Notes: a model not told the origin generated them from the letters alone. Counted from the first letter of the stretch, positions 16,895 through 25,387 are shown. The stretch is 32,627 nt of DNA from a virus (IMGVR_UViG_3300028393_000226:1-32627); one strand, 5' to 3'. Numbers and translations: made by a program.

Positions 16895-18814
16895 ATGGCT
16901 GGATTTGATATTACCGAAAGGCCGGTAATCAACCTTTCTACTGTGGTTGGTTCGGCCTACTTCCCGTCAGATGCCGCATGGGATTGTTCCATTGGTGGCT
17001 TGCCTTTCATGTTTGCTACGGATCAGACTCGGACGATGGACCGGGCCACGTCTCAGTTCCGTCGCCAACGTATCGACCAAGAACGTGACCCCGGTGAGAA
17101 CTCGCTAGATCAGGGTGTGTGGCTGAGGTCTGTTGCCTCTGGTCATTATGGTGCTGGTCAGCGTGCTGTGGAATCTTTGGAAGTTGATCCGAAGGTTGCC
17201 CGGTTCCGGTTCTACCGTTCAGCGAACGTTGATGTGTGGACTGCTGGATCGTTCACTCTTGCTAAGAGTGTTTCAACGTTGCGTTCTACGTCTGCTACTT
17301 CCCAGTATTCGGTGGGTATCGGTTCCACTAATGGTGTGTTACATGTAACGGATTCCAGCCTGTCTCAGGTGACTCCATCGGGAACGGTTAACGCTGTTTC
17401 TTTGACGGCTGCGACCGGTAACATCCTGTCACTCACCACTGATGGCACAAACTACTACGCTGCTACGGCAACCAACATTTGGAAAGGCACCTTGCCCACG
17501 GGTACGGGTGTGAAGATGTTGACTGCTGATTATGCGGCCACGTCTAGCAGGGCTTTGGTTCGCTGGGTTAAGCAACGTTTGATGACGTGTGTAAACAATT
17601 CTATTTACGAGTTGAACCCTTCATCAACCACACTGACTTCTGCTGGAACAGGGTGGGATCACCCGAACACTGCATGGGTATGGACAGGTATCGCTGATGG
17701 CCCCGGTGCCATCTACTTCTCTGGCTACGCCAATGACGTGTCGGCTATTTACCGGACAAGCATCACGTCTAGTGCTGGCACGGTCTCTCTAGCAGCCCCC
17801 GTGGTTATCGCTGAGATGCCCCGTGGTGAAAAGGTACTGAATATCTACTCGTACCTTGGCAATTATCTGGCTATTGCTACCAGTTCGGGTATTAGAGTAG
17901 CGGAAATCGCTGCTGATTCGACTATTACAGTAGGCCCAATCATCGTCTACACGGCTGGTGGAGCCTACGATTTCGTAGGCGTTGACCGTTACCTGTACGC
18001 AACTGGTGGTACAGATACGACTGCTCTGGATGGGTCCAGTGCTCCCGGTATCTACCGTATTGACTTGTCTGTGGACGTTGAGAAGTATCGGTACGCTTAC
18101 GCTCAAGAGGCTTACGGTTCTGGTAGCAGTGCTCCATCTTCTGTGACCTACTCAGGGTCTCAGGTGTATTACACGGTTCCCGGTTTCGGCCTGATCGCTC
18201 AACCTCAAACAGTTGCTTATGCAACTGACGGGTGGATTGAGTATGGACGTATCAACTATTCAACTCAAGAACTCAAAGCATGGCGGTCTATCGTTCTGCG
18301 TGCTGACGTACCCACGGGTACGACCATTGAGGTTCATGCGTCTACGACTGGTACGGGTAACCCGTCTACGTGGGTGAACATTGGCACGTTAACTTCATCG
18401 GCTACTGATGGTGAGTTCTCACTGTCTGCCCCTGCACCAAACCCGACGAGGGATCTGTACGTGGCTCTGCGTCTAACGGGTACTGGGTCTGCTCGGCCTA
18501 CTGTAAACGCGATGAGTGTGCGTGCGTATCCTGCGCCAAAGCGTACTCGGATCGTGCAGGTTCCTTTGCTGTGCTTCGACCATGAGCGTGACCGCAATGG
18601 CATGGTTCGTGGGTATGACGGTGGAGCGTGGGACAGGTTGTCTGCTCTGGAGTCTGCGGAGGATCTTGGCTCTGTGATTACGTGGCAGGACTATACGTCT
18701 GGTGAGAACCGTGCTGCTCTTATCGAGCAGTTGTCGTTTACACGTACTACTCCCCCGTCTCGGGAGAAGGACAATGTTGGTGGTGTGTTGATGGCAACGT
18801 TGCGGTTGCTCTAG
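16895..18814 (+). CDS. Tail nozzle / tubular protein B-like beta-propeller protein
   Basis: 639 aa, beta-rich with propeller-like repeats, last gene of the late operon. Function is inferred. Confidence 0.6.
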   Translation: MAGFDITERPVINLSTVVGSAYFPSDAAWDCSIGGLPFMFATDQTRTMDRATSQFRRQRIDQERDPGENSLDQGVWLRSVASGHYGAGQRAVESLEVDPKVARFRFYRSANVDVWTAGSFTLAKSVSTLRSTSATSQYSVGIGSTNGVLHVTDSSLSQVTPSGTVNAVSLTAATGNILSLTTDGTNYYAATATNIWKGTLPTGTGVKMLTADYAATSSRALVRWVKQRLMTCVNNSIYELNPSSTTLTSAGTGWDHPNTAWVWTGIADGPGAIYFSGYANDVSAIYRTSITSSAGTVSLAAPVVIAEMPRGEKVLNIYSYLGNYLAIATSSGIRVAEIAADSTITVGPIIVYTAGGAYDFVGVDRYLYATGGTDTTALDGSSAPGIYRIDLSVDVEKYRYAYAQEAYGSGSSAPSSVTYSGSQVYYTVPGFGLIAQPQTVAYATDGWIEYGRINYSTQELKAWRSIVLRADVPTGTTIEVHASTTGTGNPSTWVNIGTLTSSATDGEFSLSAPAPNPTRDLYVALRLTGTGSARPTVNAMSVRAYPAPKRTRIVQVPLLCFDHERDRNGMVRGYDGGAWDRLSALESAEDLGSVITWQDYTSGENRAALIEQLSFTRTTPPSREKDNVGGVLMATLRLL

Positions 18815-18816
18815 CA

Positions 18817-18856
18817 ATGCGACTTTTGGACGGTCTCTTATGCGACTTTTGGACGG
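18817..18856 (+). repeat. Perfect 17-bp direct repeat ATGCGACTTTTGGACGG x2
   Basis: Copies at 18817-18833 and 18840-18856, period 23 bp. Confidence 0.9.
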
Positions 18857-19041
18857 GTCATAACCGGCAGGTTCGTACTTATTAGTAGTGAATCAAGTCA
18901 GAATAGTGTGCTAAAATGTGAACATCGGCACCATTGTGCCTATTGTGTTGATATGTGCACAATCCCGAAACGGTAGCGTGAGACGGCCCGAAACAGGAAT
19001 ATCTACCCCGCTATTCCCGTTTAGCACCACACGCTCCATAG

Positions 19042-19081
19042 AACAACGAAACCCCCTCGGTGGATAAAACCACCGGGGGGG
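19042..19081 (-). terminator. Intrinsic terminator of the integrase transcript
   Basis: Minus strand CCCCCCCGGTGG-TTTTAT-CCACCGAGGGGG followed by TTTCGTTGTT. Confidence 0.75.
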
Positions 19082-19154
19082 CCTATTCGTGTCTCTACGG
19101 CCCCCTGAGGGGCCTTTAAATGCCATTGAGCGTCTAATGGTCGTGGTAACTGCC

Positions 19155-19370
19155 TTATGGTTGTGGGGGTAGTTCAATCTTGACGAACTCCTGTTTCCTC
19201 TTGCGTGTTTCTGGCCTGACACGGGCGAACGCTTCGTCCACAGGGACCGACGAGCGGCACCTACCGCACATGTCTACGACACCACCACGACCGTTGATGT
19301 CGATTACAACTGTGAATACGTTGTCTTCACGCTGGTCGATGTCACACACCAGCCGGTTTACAGTAGCCAT
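19155..19370 (-). CDS. Small protein resembling the Lsr2 N-terminal dimerisation domain
   Basis: MATVNRLVCDID...TVVIDINGRGGVVDMC parallels Lsr2 MAKKVTVTLVDDFD...TVEFGLDGVTYEIDLS. There is no C-terminal DNA-binding domain. Confidence 0.5.
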   Translation of the reverse strand: MATVNRLVCDIDQREDNVFTVVIDINGRGGVVDMCGRCRSSVPVDEAFARVRPETRKRKQEFVKIELPPQP

Positions 19371-19372
19371 TC

Positions 19373-20392
19373 TCATCTCGCAATCTCCACAACAGTGGCA
19401 TCTTCGTGACTCAACGATGGGAACATGACGTTCCCAGATATCATTTCATTCCTCTGCGTACGCTCAAGGCTAAGCCCAATGTAGCGTTCCGTTACCCGTG
19501 TGTCCTTGTGTCCTAACATTGAACTGACACGCATTAACGCTCCGTCGTATCCCTGATCACGGAGAGTATCGAAGAGTGCCCGACTCCCACTTCGTCTCAA
19601 TGTATGTTCGCCCTCGCCCAGAGGGTCGTAGCCCAACACAACCAGCGCCCTCTGAACGGATCGGTATGGGTGAGACACCTTCCGCGTCGGACGCAATGGT
19701 GCTAACTCACCTGACACTTCAATGCGATGGGTGACAGGGTTGTATCGTGTTGGGTTTGGAGCCTTTGATGGGATTAGATACCATTCGTGGCGTAAGTGTG
19801 GTGTGTTCTGGTTTGTCCTGTACCACCGGAAGTACCGTTCAAACTCAGCGGCCAACTCAAGTGATACCGGTAGCACATCTTCTTCTTGTGTCTTGTGCCT
19901 ATAGATATTCAATTCGTACCGCTCAAGGTTGAGAGCACTGATCTGCAAGGTAGCGATCTCTCCCCCTCGCAAGAACGTGTAGATCCCAAGAGCACACAGC
20001 ATCCGATCCCGTGGGTGTTTACACGCATCGAGTAGTGCTGGGAACTCAGCCAATGGCAGGCGCATCTTGTCTCGCCGTGGCACGGTCAGGTTGTTCCACC
20101 CAGCCGTGGGATCGAAGTCACGGGCCATGTAGTTCTCACGCCTACACCACTGGAAGAACGAGCGCAGGTTGCTGAGGTACAGGTTCCGTGTGCTGGCGAC
20201 CCATGTGGCTCGCCGGAACAGTCGGTCTATGTGTGATCCGGTGATGGCTGAGATGCGTACATCTCCCCACTCTTGTTGAGCAAGGTTCAACACTTGCATG
20301 TGGTTCTTGATTGTGGACTTTGATAACCCTCGGGCTGTCAGGTGTCCACGGTATTCGGCTTTCGCTTCGATCAGGTTCATTGCTCTGGGCAT
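19373..20392 (-). CDS. int: Tyrosine integrase
   Basis: Catalytic R (FLRGGE), K (RHKT), HxxR (HTLRR), H (LGH), Y (TERY). SD GAGGGAG before ATG 20392, alternative start 20422. Confidence 0.92.
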   Translation of the reverse strand: MPRAMNLIEAKAEYRGHLTARGLSKSTIKNHMQVLNLAQQEWGDVRISAITGSHIDRLFRRATWVASTRNLYLSNLRSFFQWCRRENYMARDFDPTAGWNNLTVPRRDKMRLPLAEFPALLDACKHPRDRMLCALGIYTFLRGGEIATLQISALNLERYELNIYRHKTQEEDVLPVSLELAAEFERYFRWYRTNQNTPHLRHEWYLIPSKAPNPTRYNPVTHRIEVSGELAPLRPTRKVSHPYRSVQRALVVLGYDPLGEGEHTLRRSGSRALFDTLRDQGYDGALMRVSSMLGHKDTRVTERYIGLSLERTQRNEMISGNVMFPSLSHEDATVVEIAR

Positions 20393-20427
20393 GTTCGCTC
20401 CCTCATAGGTAGATTGGAACATGACAC

Positions 20428-20472
20428 ACCTTACACTATGACCTGCACAACATGCAACAAGTGCATGTTGTG
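20428..20472 (-). promoter_or_regulatory. Candidate integrase promoter overlapped by an 11-bp inverted repeat
   Basis: Minus strand TTGCAT-N18-TAAGGT. Inverted repeat CACAACATGCA 20446-56 / TGCATGTTGTG 20462-72. Confidence 0.5.
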
Positions 20473-20479
20473 TTGGCTA

Positions 20480-20503
20480 GGGTTCAAGTCCCCCCCCGGA
20501 CAC
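20480..20503 (+). mobile_element. attP common core matching the 3' end of a tRNA (Leu-type)
   Basis: GGGTTCAAGTCCCCC-CCCGGAC-A-C gives a T-loop, T-stem 3' strand, acceptor 3' strand (pairs with 5' GTCCGGG) and discriminator. It lies next to the integrase. Confidence 0.8.
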
Positions 20504-20566
20504 GACCTGCGGGTTTGCAGGGTATTCCAAGGGATACTCAATTTTCGCTCATCTTGATCATTTTGT

Positions 20567-20605
20567 TTGACACATAACACGGACCTATGCCAAACTCTTG
20601 TCAAG
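20567..20605 (+). promoter_or_regulatory. Repressor promoter and possible operator
   Basis: TTGACA 20567-72, N18 with TGn, CAAACT 20591-96, followed by CTTGTCAAG. Confidence 0.55.
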
Positions 20606-20629
20606 TAACCACACGAGAGAAGGTGTTCC

Positions 20630-21085
20630 ATGGCTCCGCCAACGCTTGTACCAGACAAGACTACCCTCCAAAGGTGGCAGCGTGAAGGACTCACCCACGC
20701 TGAGATGGTCGCACGACATGAACAAGAAACCGGGATCAGGGTTTCACGGGCAAGTATCAGTGGAGCAATGGTCCGGTATGGACTGGCCGAGAACAAACCC
20801 CGCTACCGGAACTCTTTGCCATGGCGTGTAAGAGATGAACACGGCACGCATTATGCCGCCCGTATGTTGCGACTTTATGGTCGCAAAGAACAGACCCCTG
20901 ACAAGTTGAACATAGATGAATCGCAACGGCTGCGGTCATGGTTGGACATGTTGGAACGCGAACAAGCCGTCGTTGGATATGACCCTGATTCAGATGAAGG
21001 GTTCTACTACATCGACCAAGCATTGAAAGACAATGATGATCCAGCGCCTATTAGGCGCAGAAGGATTTACACAAATCCTCGCTAA
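20630..21085 (+). CDS. Immunity repressor, mycobacteriophage L5 gp71-like
   Basis: N-terminal HTH, then LPWRVRDEH...RMLR...RLRSWLDMLEREQAVVGYDP...GFYY. This parallels the recalled gp71 WPW...H...RLR...RLLSWWKMLRDDDLVLEFDP...GFRY. Confidence 0.75.
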   Translation: MAPPTLVPDKTTLQRWQREGLTHAEMVARHEQETGIRVSRASISGAMVRYGLAENKPRYRNSLPWRVRDEHGTHYAARMLRLYGRKEQTPDKLNIDESQRLRSWLDMLEREQAVVGYDPDSDEGFYYIDQALKDNDDPAPIRRRRIYTNPR

Positions 21086-21142
21086 GCAAACGCTGAGCGT
21101 TTGCCCAGCACCACTCCCGTGGTGCCTATACATCCATCCATT

Positions 21143-21174
21143 GGCAGCCCCTCAAAGGGCTGCCTTTGTGGTTT
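21143..21174 (+). terminator. Intrinsic terminator after the repressor
   Basis: GGCAGCCC-CTCAAA-GGGCTGCC-TTTGTGGTTT. Confidence 0.75.
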
Positions 21175-21314
21175 GATTCGCTACGCTCATAGTATAACAA
21201 TATAACACTGCCGATGCACAAGGGCTGAGCACACCTTCGGCGTGTCGTGTTCTTGTACATACAACATTTTTGTTTAAACAATGTCAAGAACATAAAGTTT
21301 TTATTGAGCAGCCC

Positions 21315-21353
21315 TTGCGCTTTTTCAGAGGCACATGTAACTTTAACCATATG
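21315..21353 (+). promoter_or_regulatory. SigA-type promoter for a leaderless transcript
   Basis: TTGCGC-N17-TAACTT-N7-ATG(21351), no SD. Confidence 0.6.
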
Positions 21354-21626
21354 AGCACACACACCAACGCAGTACAAGTGGCTGAAAGGCCCGGTATTAC
21401 TGCCCATCTGGATGATGAACACATCATCATATTTGCCGATGCACAAGCAGAATGGACTATCGAGGATTGGGCCATTGTTGCAATGGCAACCATGGGGATG
21501 CGATGGAACACCTACCCAGTACGCCACCTACTTCACGATTCAGGTGACGAGTGCTGGATTTTTTGTTTGCCTGTTAACAAACCAACACACTATGTCACAG
21601 GGGGTGAAGATGACCACGCTAACTGA
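21351..21626 (+). CDS. Hypothetical protein (first gene of the replication operon)
   Basis: Start reassigned to 21351. Acidic end overlaps the next gene's SD. Confidence 0.6.
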   Translation: MSTHTNAVQVAERPGITAHLDDEHIIIFADAQAEWTIEDWAIVAMATMGMRWNTYPVRHLLHDSGDECWIFCLPVNKPTHYVTGGEDDHAN

Positions 21627-22494
21627 ACTAACCGGAAAGCCATACCTTTCCTATTCCAGCCTCAACACGTACTTGAGTTGTGGTGAAAAGTACCGTCTTA
21701 CCAAGATCGAATCAATACCTCAGAAGCCAGCATTTTGGTTAGCCGGGGGAACAGCAGTTCACACAGGCACAGAGGTTTATGACCTTTGCCTAACAGTAGA
21801 TGGACTGTCGCACGAAGAAGCAGTAAAGGGTGCCATCAACGGGTTTACACACAAGTTCAATACTGAACTTGCACAACACCCAGACGAAGAATGGTCAGTG
21901 GGAGGACGTGCCACTAAAGCAAACCCTGACCGTGAGAACGAAGCATGGTGGCGAGAGAACGGCCCCTTGCAGGTAGAGAACTATGCGCTATGGCGTCAAG
22001 CCAACCCACAGTTCAGCATCTGGGTAGGACCACACGGACCTGCCATTGAATACCCGTTCACCACATCGTTCGCTGGTGATGACACACCATCCCACGGGTT
22101 CATCGACCGGATCTTTGAAGATCAGGTAGGCAACCTCACCGTCGTAGACATCAAGTCAGGGACACGCCAGCCAGCAGACGTAACACAGTTGGCCGTGTAC
22201 GCCACAGCAATCGAACACACCACAGGTATCCGACCACAGTTCGGCTCGTACTACATGACCCGTACCGCATACCTCACAGCGCCCATGGATTTAAACAGGT
22301 GGAACGCTGACATGCTCGGCCCATGGTTCCGCATCGCTAGGGAAGGGATCGAAGCAGGACGCTTCCTCCCCCGCCTATCCATGGACTGTGGATTCTGTTC
22401 AGTCCAATCTTTTTGTTACGCAAAGAACCCAGACATTTCTATCCCCACCAATATCAACCTAAGTCAAACCATCTCAGGAGGACACAATGGCTAG
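21610..22494 (+). CDS. Cas4/RecB-like PD-(D/E)XK exonuclease
   Basis: LSYSSLNTYLSC, GTAVH, GFIDRI, VVDIKSG, QLAVY, and C-terminal CGFCSVQSFC (4 Cys in total). Confidence 0.9.
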   Translation: MTTLTELTGKPYLSYSSLNTYLSCGEKYRLTKIESIPQKPAFWLAGGTAVHTGTEVYDLCLTVDGLSHEEAVKGAINGFTHKFNTELAQHPDEEWSVGGRATKANPDRENEAWWRENGPLQVENYALWRQANPQFSIWVGPHGPAIEYPFTTSFAGDDTPSHGFIDRIFEDQVGNLTVVDIKSGTRQPADVTQLAVYATAIEHTTGIRPQFGSYYMTRTAYLTAPMDLNRWNADMLGPWFRIAREGIEAGRFLPRLSMDCGFCSVQSFCYAKNPDISIPTNINLSQTISGGHNG

Positions 22495-22963
22495 TGAAAC
22501 CACCAAGATTCAGGTCAACTTCAAGACGGGACCGGGCCATGACGCAGCACTCATTAACGTGTACGCAGATAACGGGGATGACCTGCTTGTGCAACTCGAT
22601 GCTCTCACCGAGAACGTCGCCCACATCCTTGCTGTCAAGCAACTGTTACAGGCTGGAGGACACGTTGAGCAGACGATCGCCCTCGCTCCAAGCCAGCCAG
22701 AGCAGCCCTCCGCAACTCCCCCGTCCGTCGTGGTACATGGGAGCCAGCCGGGAACAGTAGAAACGTTGAACGATAGGTACGGCAACCGCTTTACCTACGG
22801 TTTAAACGATGCACCATCCCTGCCTGACGGTCGCGGTAAGTACGTCCGTAAGGACTGGACTAGTCAGCAGGGCAAGGCACTCAAGGCATGGGTGGACCCT
22901 GCTAAGGGACCGAAGCCCTTCGCTAAGGGTGAGCAAGAAGCAGAAATCGTATGGATTCGCTAG
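22487..22963 (+). CDS. Hypothetical replication/recombination-associated protein
   Basis: SD AGGAGG, two domains with a Pro/Gln linker, between the nuclease and helicase genes. Confidence 0.65.
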   Translation: MASETTKIQVNFKTGPGHDAALINVYADNGDDLLVQLDALTENVAHILAVKQLLQAGGHVEQTIALAPSQPEQPSATPPSVVVHGSQPGTVETLNDRYGNRFTYGLNDAPSLPDGRGKYVRKDWTSQQGKALKAWVDPAKGPKPFAKGEQEAEIVWIR

Positions 22964-23737
22964 ATGAGAACGCTCTCCCGACTCCCAGAAGAGAAGGGCG
23001 GGGCATCCATACCGGACGTGTTCGGGAGCCTAGCGGCATACCAAGCACACATTCGTCGCGGGGAAGTGACGATGATCGCAGCACCGCCGGGGGCAGGGAA
23101 GAGCGCACTAGCCCTGTCTCTGGCGCTGCGAGCGCAGTGTCCAACGTTGTACTTTTCCGCCGACTCTCACGCACGGACCATGAGGTTACGGACCCTCGCG
23201 GCCCTGACGGAGACGCCGCAGCATGAGGTTGCACGTTGGATGGAGACACGTCCTGAGTGGGTGACAGACACGCTCTCTTACGCGAACCATATTAAGTGGA
23301 ACTTTGATTCATCACCGGGCCTGCAAGACATCGAAGAAGAGATCGCTGTTTACAGGGAAGTGATGGGTGATGACCCACACCTCATCGTCATAGACAACCT
23401 GATCGACGTAGCGTTTATAGATGGTGACGAGTACCAGAGCCTGCGTTCCCTGCTACGGGAATTGAAAGGTTATGCAAGAGATACAGGGGCTGCGCTCTTA
23501 GCCCTGCACCACACCAGTGAAAGCACAGAAATGAATCCGTGCCCACCACGTAAAGCAATCCACGGCAAAGTCAACCAGACCCCAGCCATGATTCTTACGC
23601 TCGGTGTGACACCGGGACATATGCCAGTGGCTGTAGTCAAGAACCGTTACGGCCCAGCAGATCAGAGCGGTACGACCGCTCACTACCTCTCATTCGATCC
23701 AGCAAGTATGACAATTAAGGACAGTGGAGATGCCTAA
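22964..23737 (+). CDS. DnaB-like helicase (RecA-fold domain only)
   Basis: Walker A APPGAGKS, Walker B LIVIDNL, LHH, VKNRYGP. Confidence 0.88.
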   Translation: MRTLSRLPEEKGGASIPDVFGSLAAYQAHIRRGEVTMIAAPPGAGKSALALSLALRAQCPTLYFSADSHARTMRLRTLAALTETPQHEVARWMETRPEWVTDTLSYANHIKWNFDSSPGLQDIEEEIAVYREVMGDDPHLIVIDNLIDVAFIDGDEYQSLRSLLRELKGYARDTGAALLALHHTSESTEMNPCPPRKAIHGKVNQTPAMILTLGVTPGHMPVAVVKNRYGPADQSGTTAHYLSFDPASMTIKDSGDA

Positions 23738-24020
23738 CAAAATTGCAGGTGACTTCGGTCTCATGGATCTGGGTCTCCTAGTACGTCATGCAAACGATGA
23801 AGGTGTCGTCACCACTGGCACCGTGGGTTACATCTCATTCGATGTAAACGCTGATGTCAACGAACAGGTAACGATCATCCTCGATGTTGATGATTGGTAT
23901 CCGAACGATGAGGTTCGTTTACACCTGCACCCGTTCACGAAACTGGAAATCCTTGAGCCAGAAGAAGTTTACGTGGACGAACACCACCCATCAAACCCAG
24001 AAGCATTGGGTTGGGTATGA
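23730..24020 (+). CDS. Hypothetical protein
   Basis: Acidic ORF overlapping both neighbours. Confidence 0.6.
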   Translation: MPNKIAGDFGLMDLGLLVRHANDEGVVTTGTVGYISFDVNADVNEQVTIILDVDDWYPNDEVRLHLHPFTKLEILEPEEVYVDEHHPSNPEALGWV

Positions 24021-24367
24021 CAAACCCAGCCAAGCAGAAGGGCACAGCATGGGAGTCCACGTTAGTGCAAGCATTCCGTGACGAGTTCGGTAATTGTGAA
24101 CGGCTCGCACTTAACGGTGCCAACGATGAAGGTGACCTGTGGTTTACACACGACGGTCACTCGTTTGTTATCGAAGCGAAGAACGAGAGAGCCATCGACC
24201 TAGCACGGTACGTCACTGAGGCTGAGGCTGAAGCCGACAACTGGGCGAAGTCACGCAAGGCTAAGACTCCTTTCTGGGCAGCGATTGTGAAGCGTCGCAA
24301 TCATCGAGTCAGTAAGGCTTACGTGGTTATGACGGTAGACGAGTTCGTCCGGTTGGTGCGGAGGTGA
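24017..24367 (+). CDS. Holliday junction resolvase-like PD-(D/E)XK nuclease
   Basis: KQKGTAWE...DEGDL...VIEAKN...VKRR. Confidence 0.8.
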   Translation: MTNPAKQKGTAWESTLVQAFRDEFGNCERLALNGANDEGDLWFTHDGHSFVIEAKNERAIDLARYVTEAEAEADNWAKSRKAKTPFWAAIVKRRNHRVSKAYVVMTVDEFVRLVRR

Positions 24368-24370
24368 AAG

Positions 24371-24757
24371 ATGACATCGGTTCCACTCTGGCCCGTGCTG
24401 GAGCACTACGGCTGGCAACTACCAGCAGACCTAGAGCGTTGGCAGAGCGTGCGTTGTCACATACATGGAGAGTCACGCGCATCCTGTCGAGCGAACTCCG
24501 CACTAGGCTACGTCGCTTGCCTCGCATGTGGGTTTAAGGGTGACGCACTAGCAGTAATCATGCACTACGAGGGGGTTGAGTTTAAACGTGCTATCGCTAT
24601 CGCTGAGGGAATCGTTGGAGCAAGCAACGTTCACCTATCAAACAGCACTCATGGAAGCACCAGAGGCACTGGCGTATCTGGCGGGTCGCGGGATCGACGT
24701 AACGGTGGCCGCTACGTTCCGCCTCGGCTACGTGGCAGAGCCGGTTCTGGGGCATGA
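24371..24757 (+). CDS. Primase zinc-binding (CHC2) subunit
   Basis: CHIHGESRASC...CLACGFKGD, followed by a low-complexity tail that overlaps the next ORF. Confidence 0.85.
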   Translation: MTSVPLWPVLEHYGWQLPADLERWQSVRCHIHGESRASCRANSALGYVACLACGFKGDALAVIMHYEGVEFKRAIAIAEGIVGASNVHLSNSTHGSTRGTGVSGGSRDRRNGGRYVPPRLRGRAGSGA

Positions 24758-25208
24758 GCAGTATGTAAACAGGTTGTCAATCCCTTACGTCACACCGGCT
24801 GGTGTCATTGACATTAGGTTCCGCACGTTGGGTATGGACGATGGCCCGAAGTACATGTCACGCACAGGGGCAACGGGTCACCTGTTTAACGTGTCAGCGT
24901 TTGGTGAGGACTCCCCCATCATCGCTATCACAGAGGGCGAGATGGACACCATCGTCGCATCACAGGTTCTCCCATCCGTGGGAGTGCCGGGGGCTAACGC
25001 TTGGAAACCGTTCTATCACAGGGCATTTCAAGACTACGACCGTGTGTTCTTGTTGTGTGATGGAGACTCACCGGGTCGTGAGTGGGGTAAGCGGATCGCA
25101 TCAGAGATTGAAACAGCAGTACCAGTGTCCATGCCCGATGGCATGGATGTAAACGACTACATCCTCATGCACGGTGCTGAGGGTCTACGAAAGAAGGTTG
25201 GGCTATGA
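24588..25208 (+). CDS. Primase catalytic (Toprim) subunit
   Basis: YLAGRGI, RLSIPY, PKY, ITEGEMD, DGDSPG, DVND. GTG start after GAGGGGG...GTTTAAAC. Confidence 0.88.
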   Translation: MLSLSLRESLEQATFTYQTALMEAPEALAYLAGRGIDVTVAATFRLGYVAEPVLGHEQYVNRLSIPYVTPAGVIDIRFRTLGMDDGPKYMSRTGATGHLFNVSAFGEDSPIIAITEGEMDTIVASQVLPSVGVPGANAWKPFYHRAFQDYDRVFLLCDGDSPGREWGKRIASEIETAVPVSMPDGMDVNDYILMHGAEGLRKKVGL

Positions 25209-25387
25209 GTAGCGAAGTAACAGTTGTGCAGCGGGTGTCGATCCCTTTGAACGAGTTCACCACGTTGGAAGAAGTGCAATCGTTTGTGAGTGCAGCGTTG
25301 ACGATATTCGGTACAAACAATCCGAAGGTTGGCGCTGAGCAGCGTGGCTCTGAGGTCCAGTTGTATGCAACGGCTGACGTAGCATGA
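25205..25387 (+). CDS. Small hypothetical protein
   Basis: 60 aa with ATGA overlaps on both sides. Confidence 0.6.
   Translation: MSSEVTVVQRVSIPLNEFTTLEEVQSFVSAALTIFGTNNPKVGAEQRGSEVQLYATADVA

Noticed and set aside
18817-18856. CRISPR mini-array, given the Cas4-like gene
   Set aside because: Only two 17-bp repeats with a 6-bp gap. Stand-alone Cas4-like nucleases are common in actinophages.
18870-18898. dif-like Xer site ending in TCAAGT
   Set aside because: The match is too weak and lacks the TTATG of the XerD arm.
18911-19222. 103-aa minus-strand ORF
   Set aside because: It crosses the integrase-operon terminator and overlaps the Lsr2-like gene, with no recognisable motifs.
20480-20503. 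Complete tRNA gene
   Set aside because: Only the 3' end is present. The upstream sequence cannot form D or anticodon arms, so it is read as an attP core.
21412-21609. N-terminal extension of the Cas4-like ORF (also extensions at 21270, 30519, 32372 and 32524)
   Set aside because: They overlap neighbouring genes or regulatory DNA. Better starts with SD or promoter context lie downstream.
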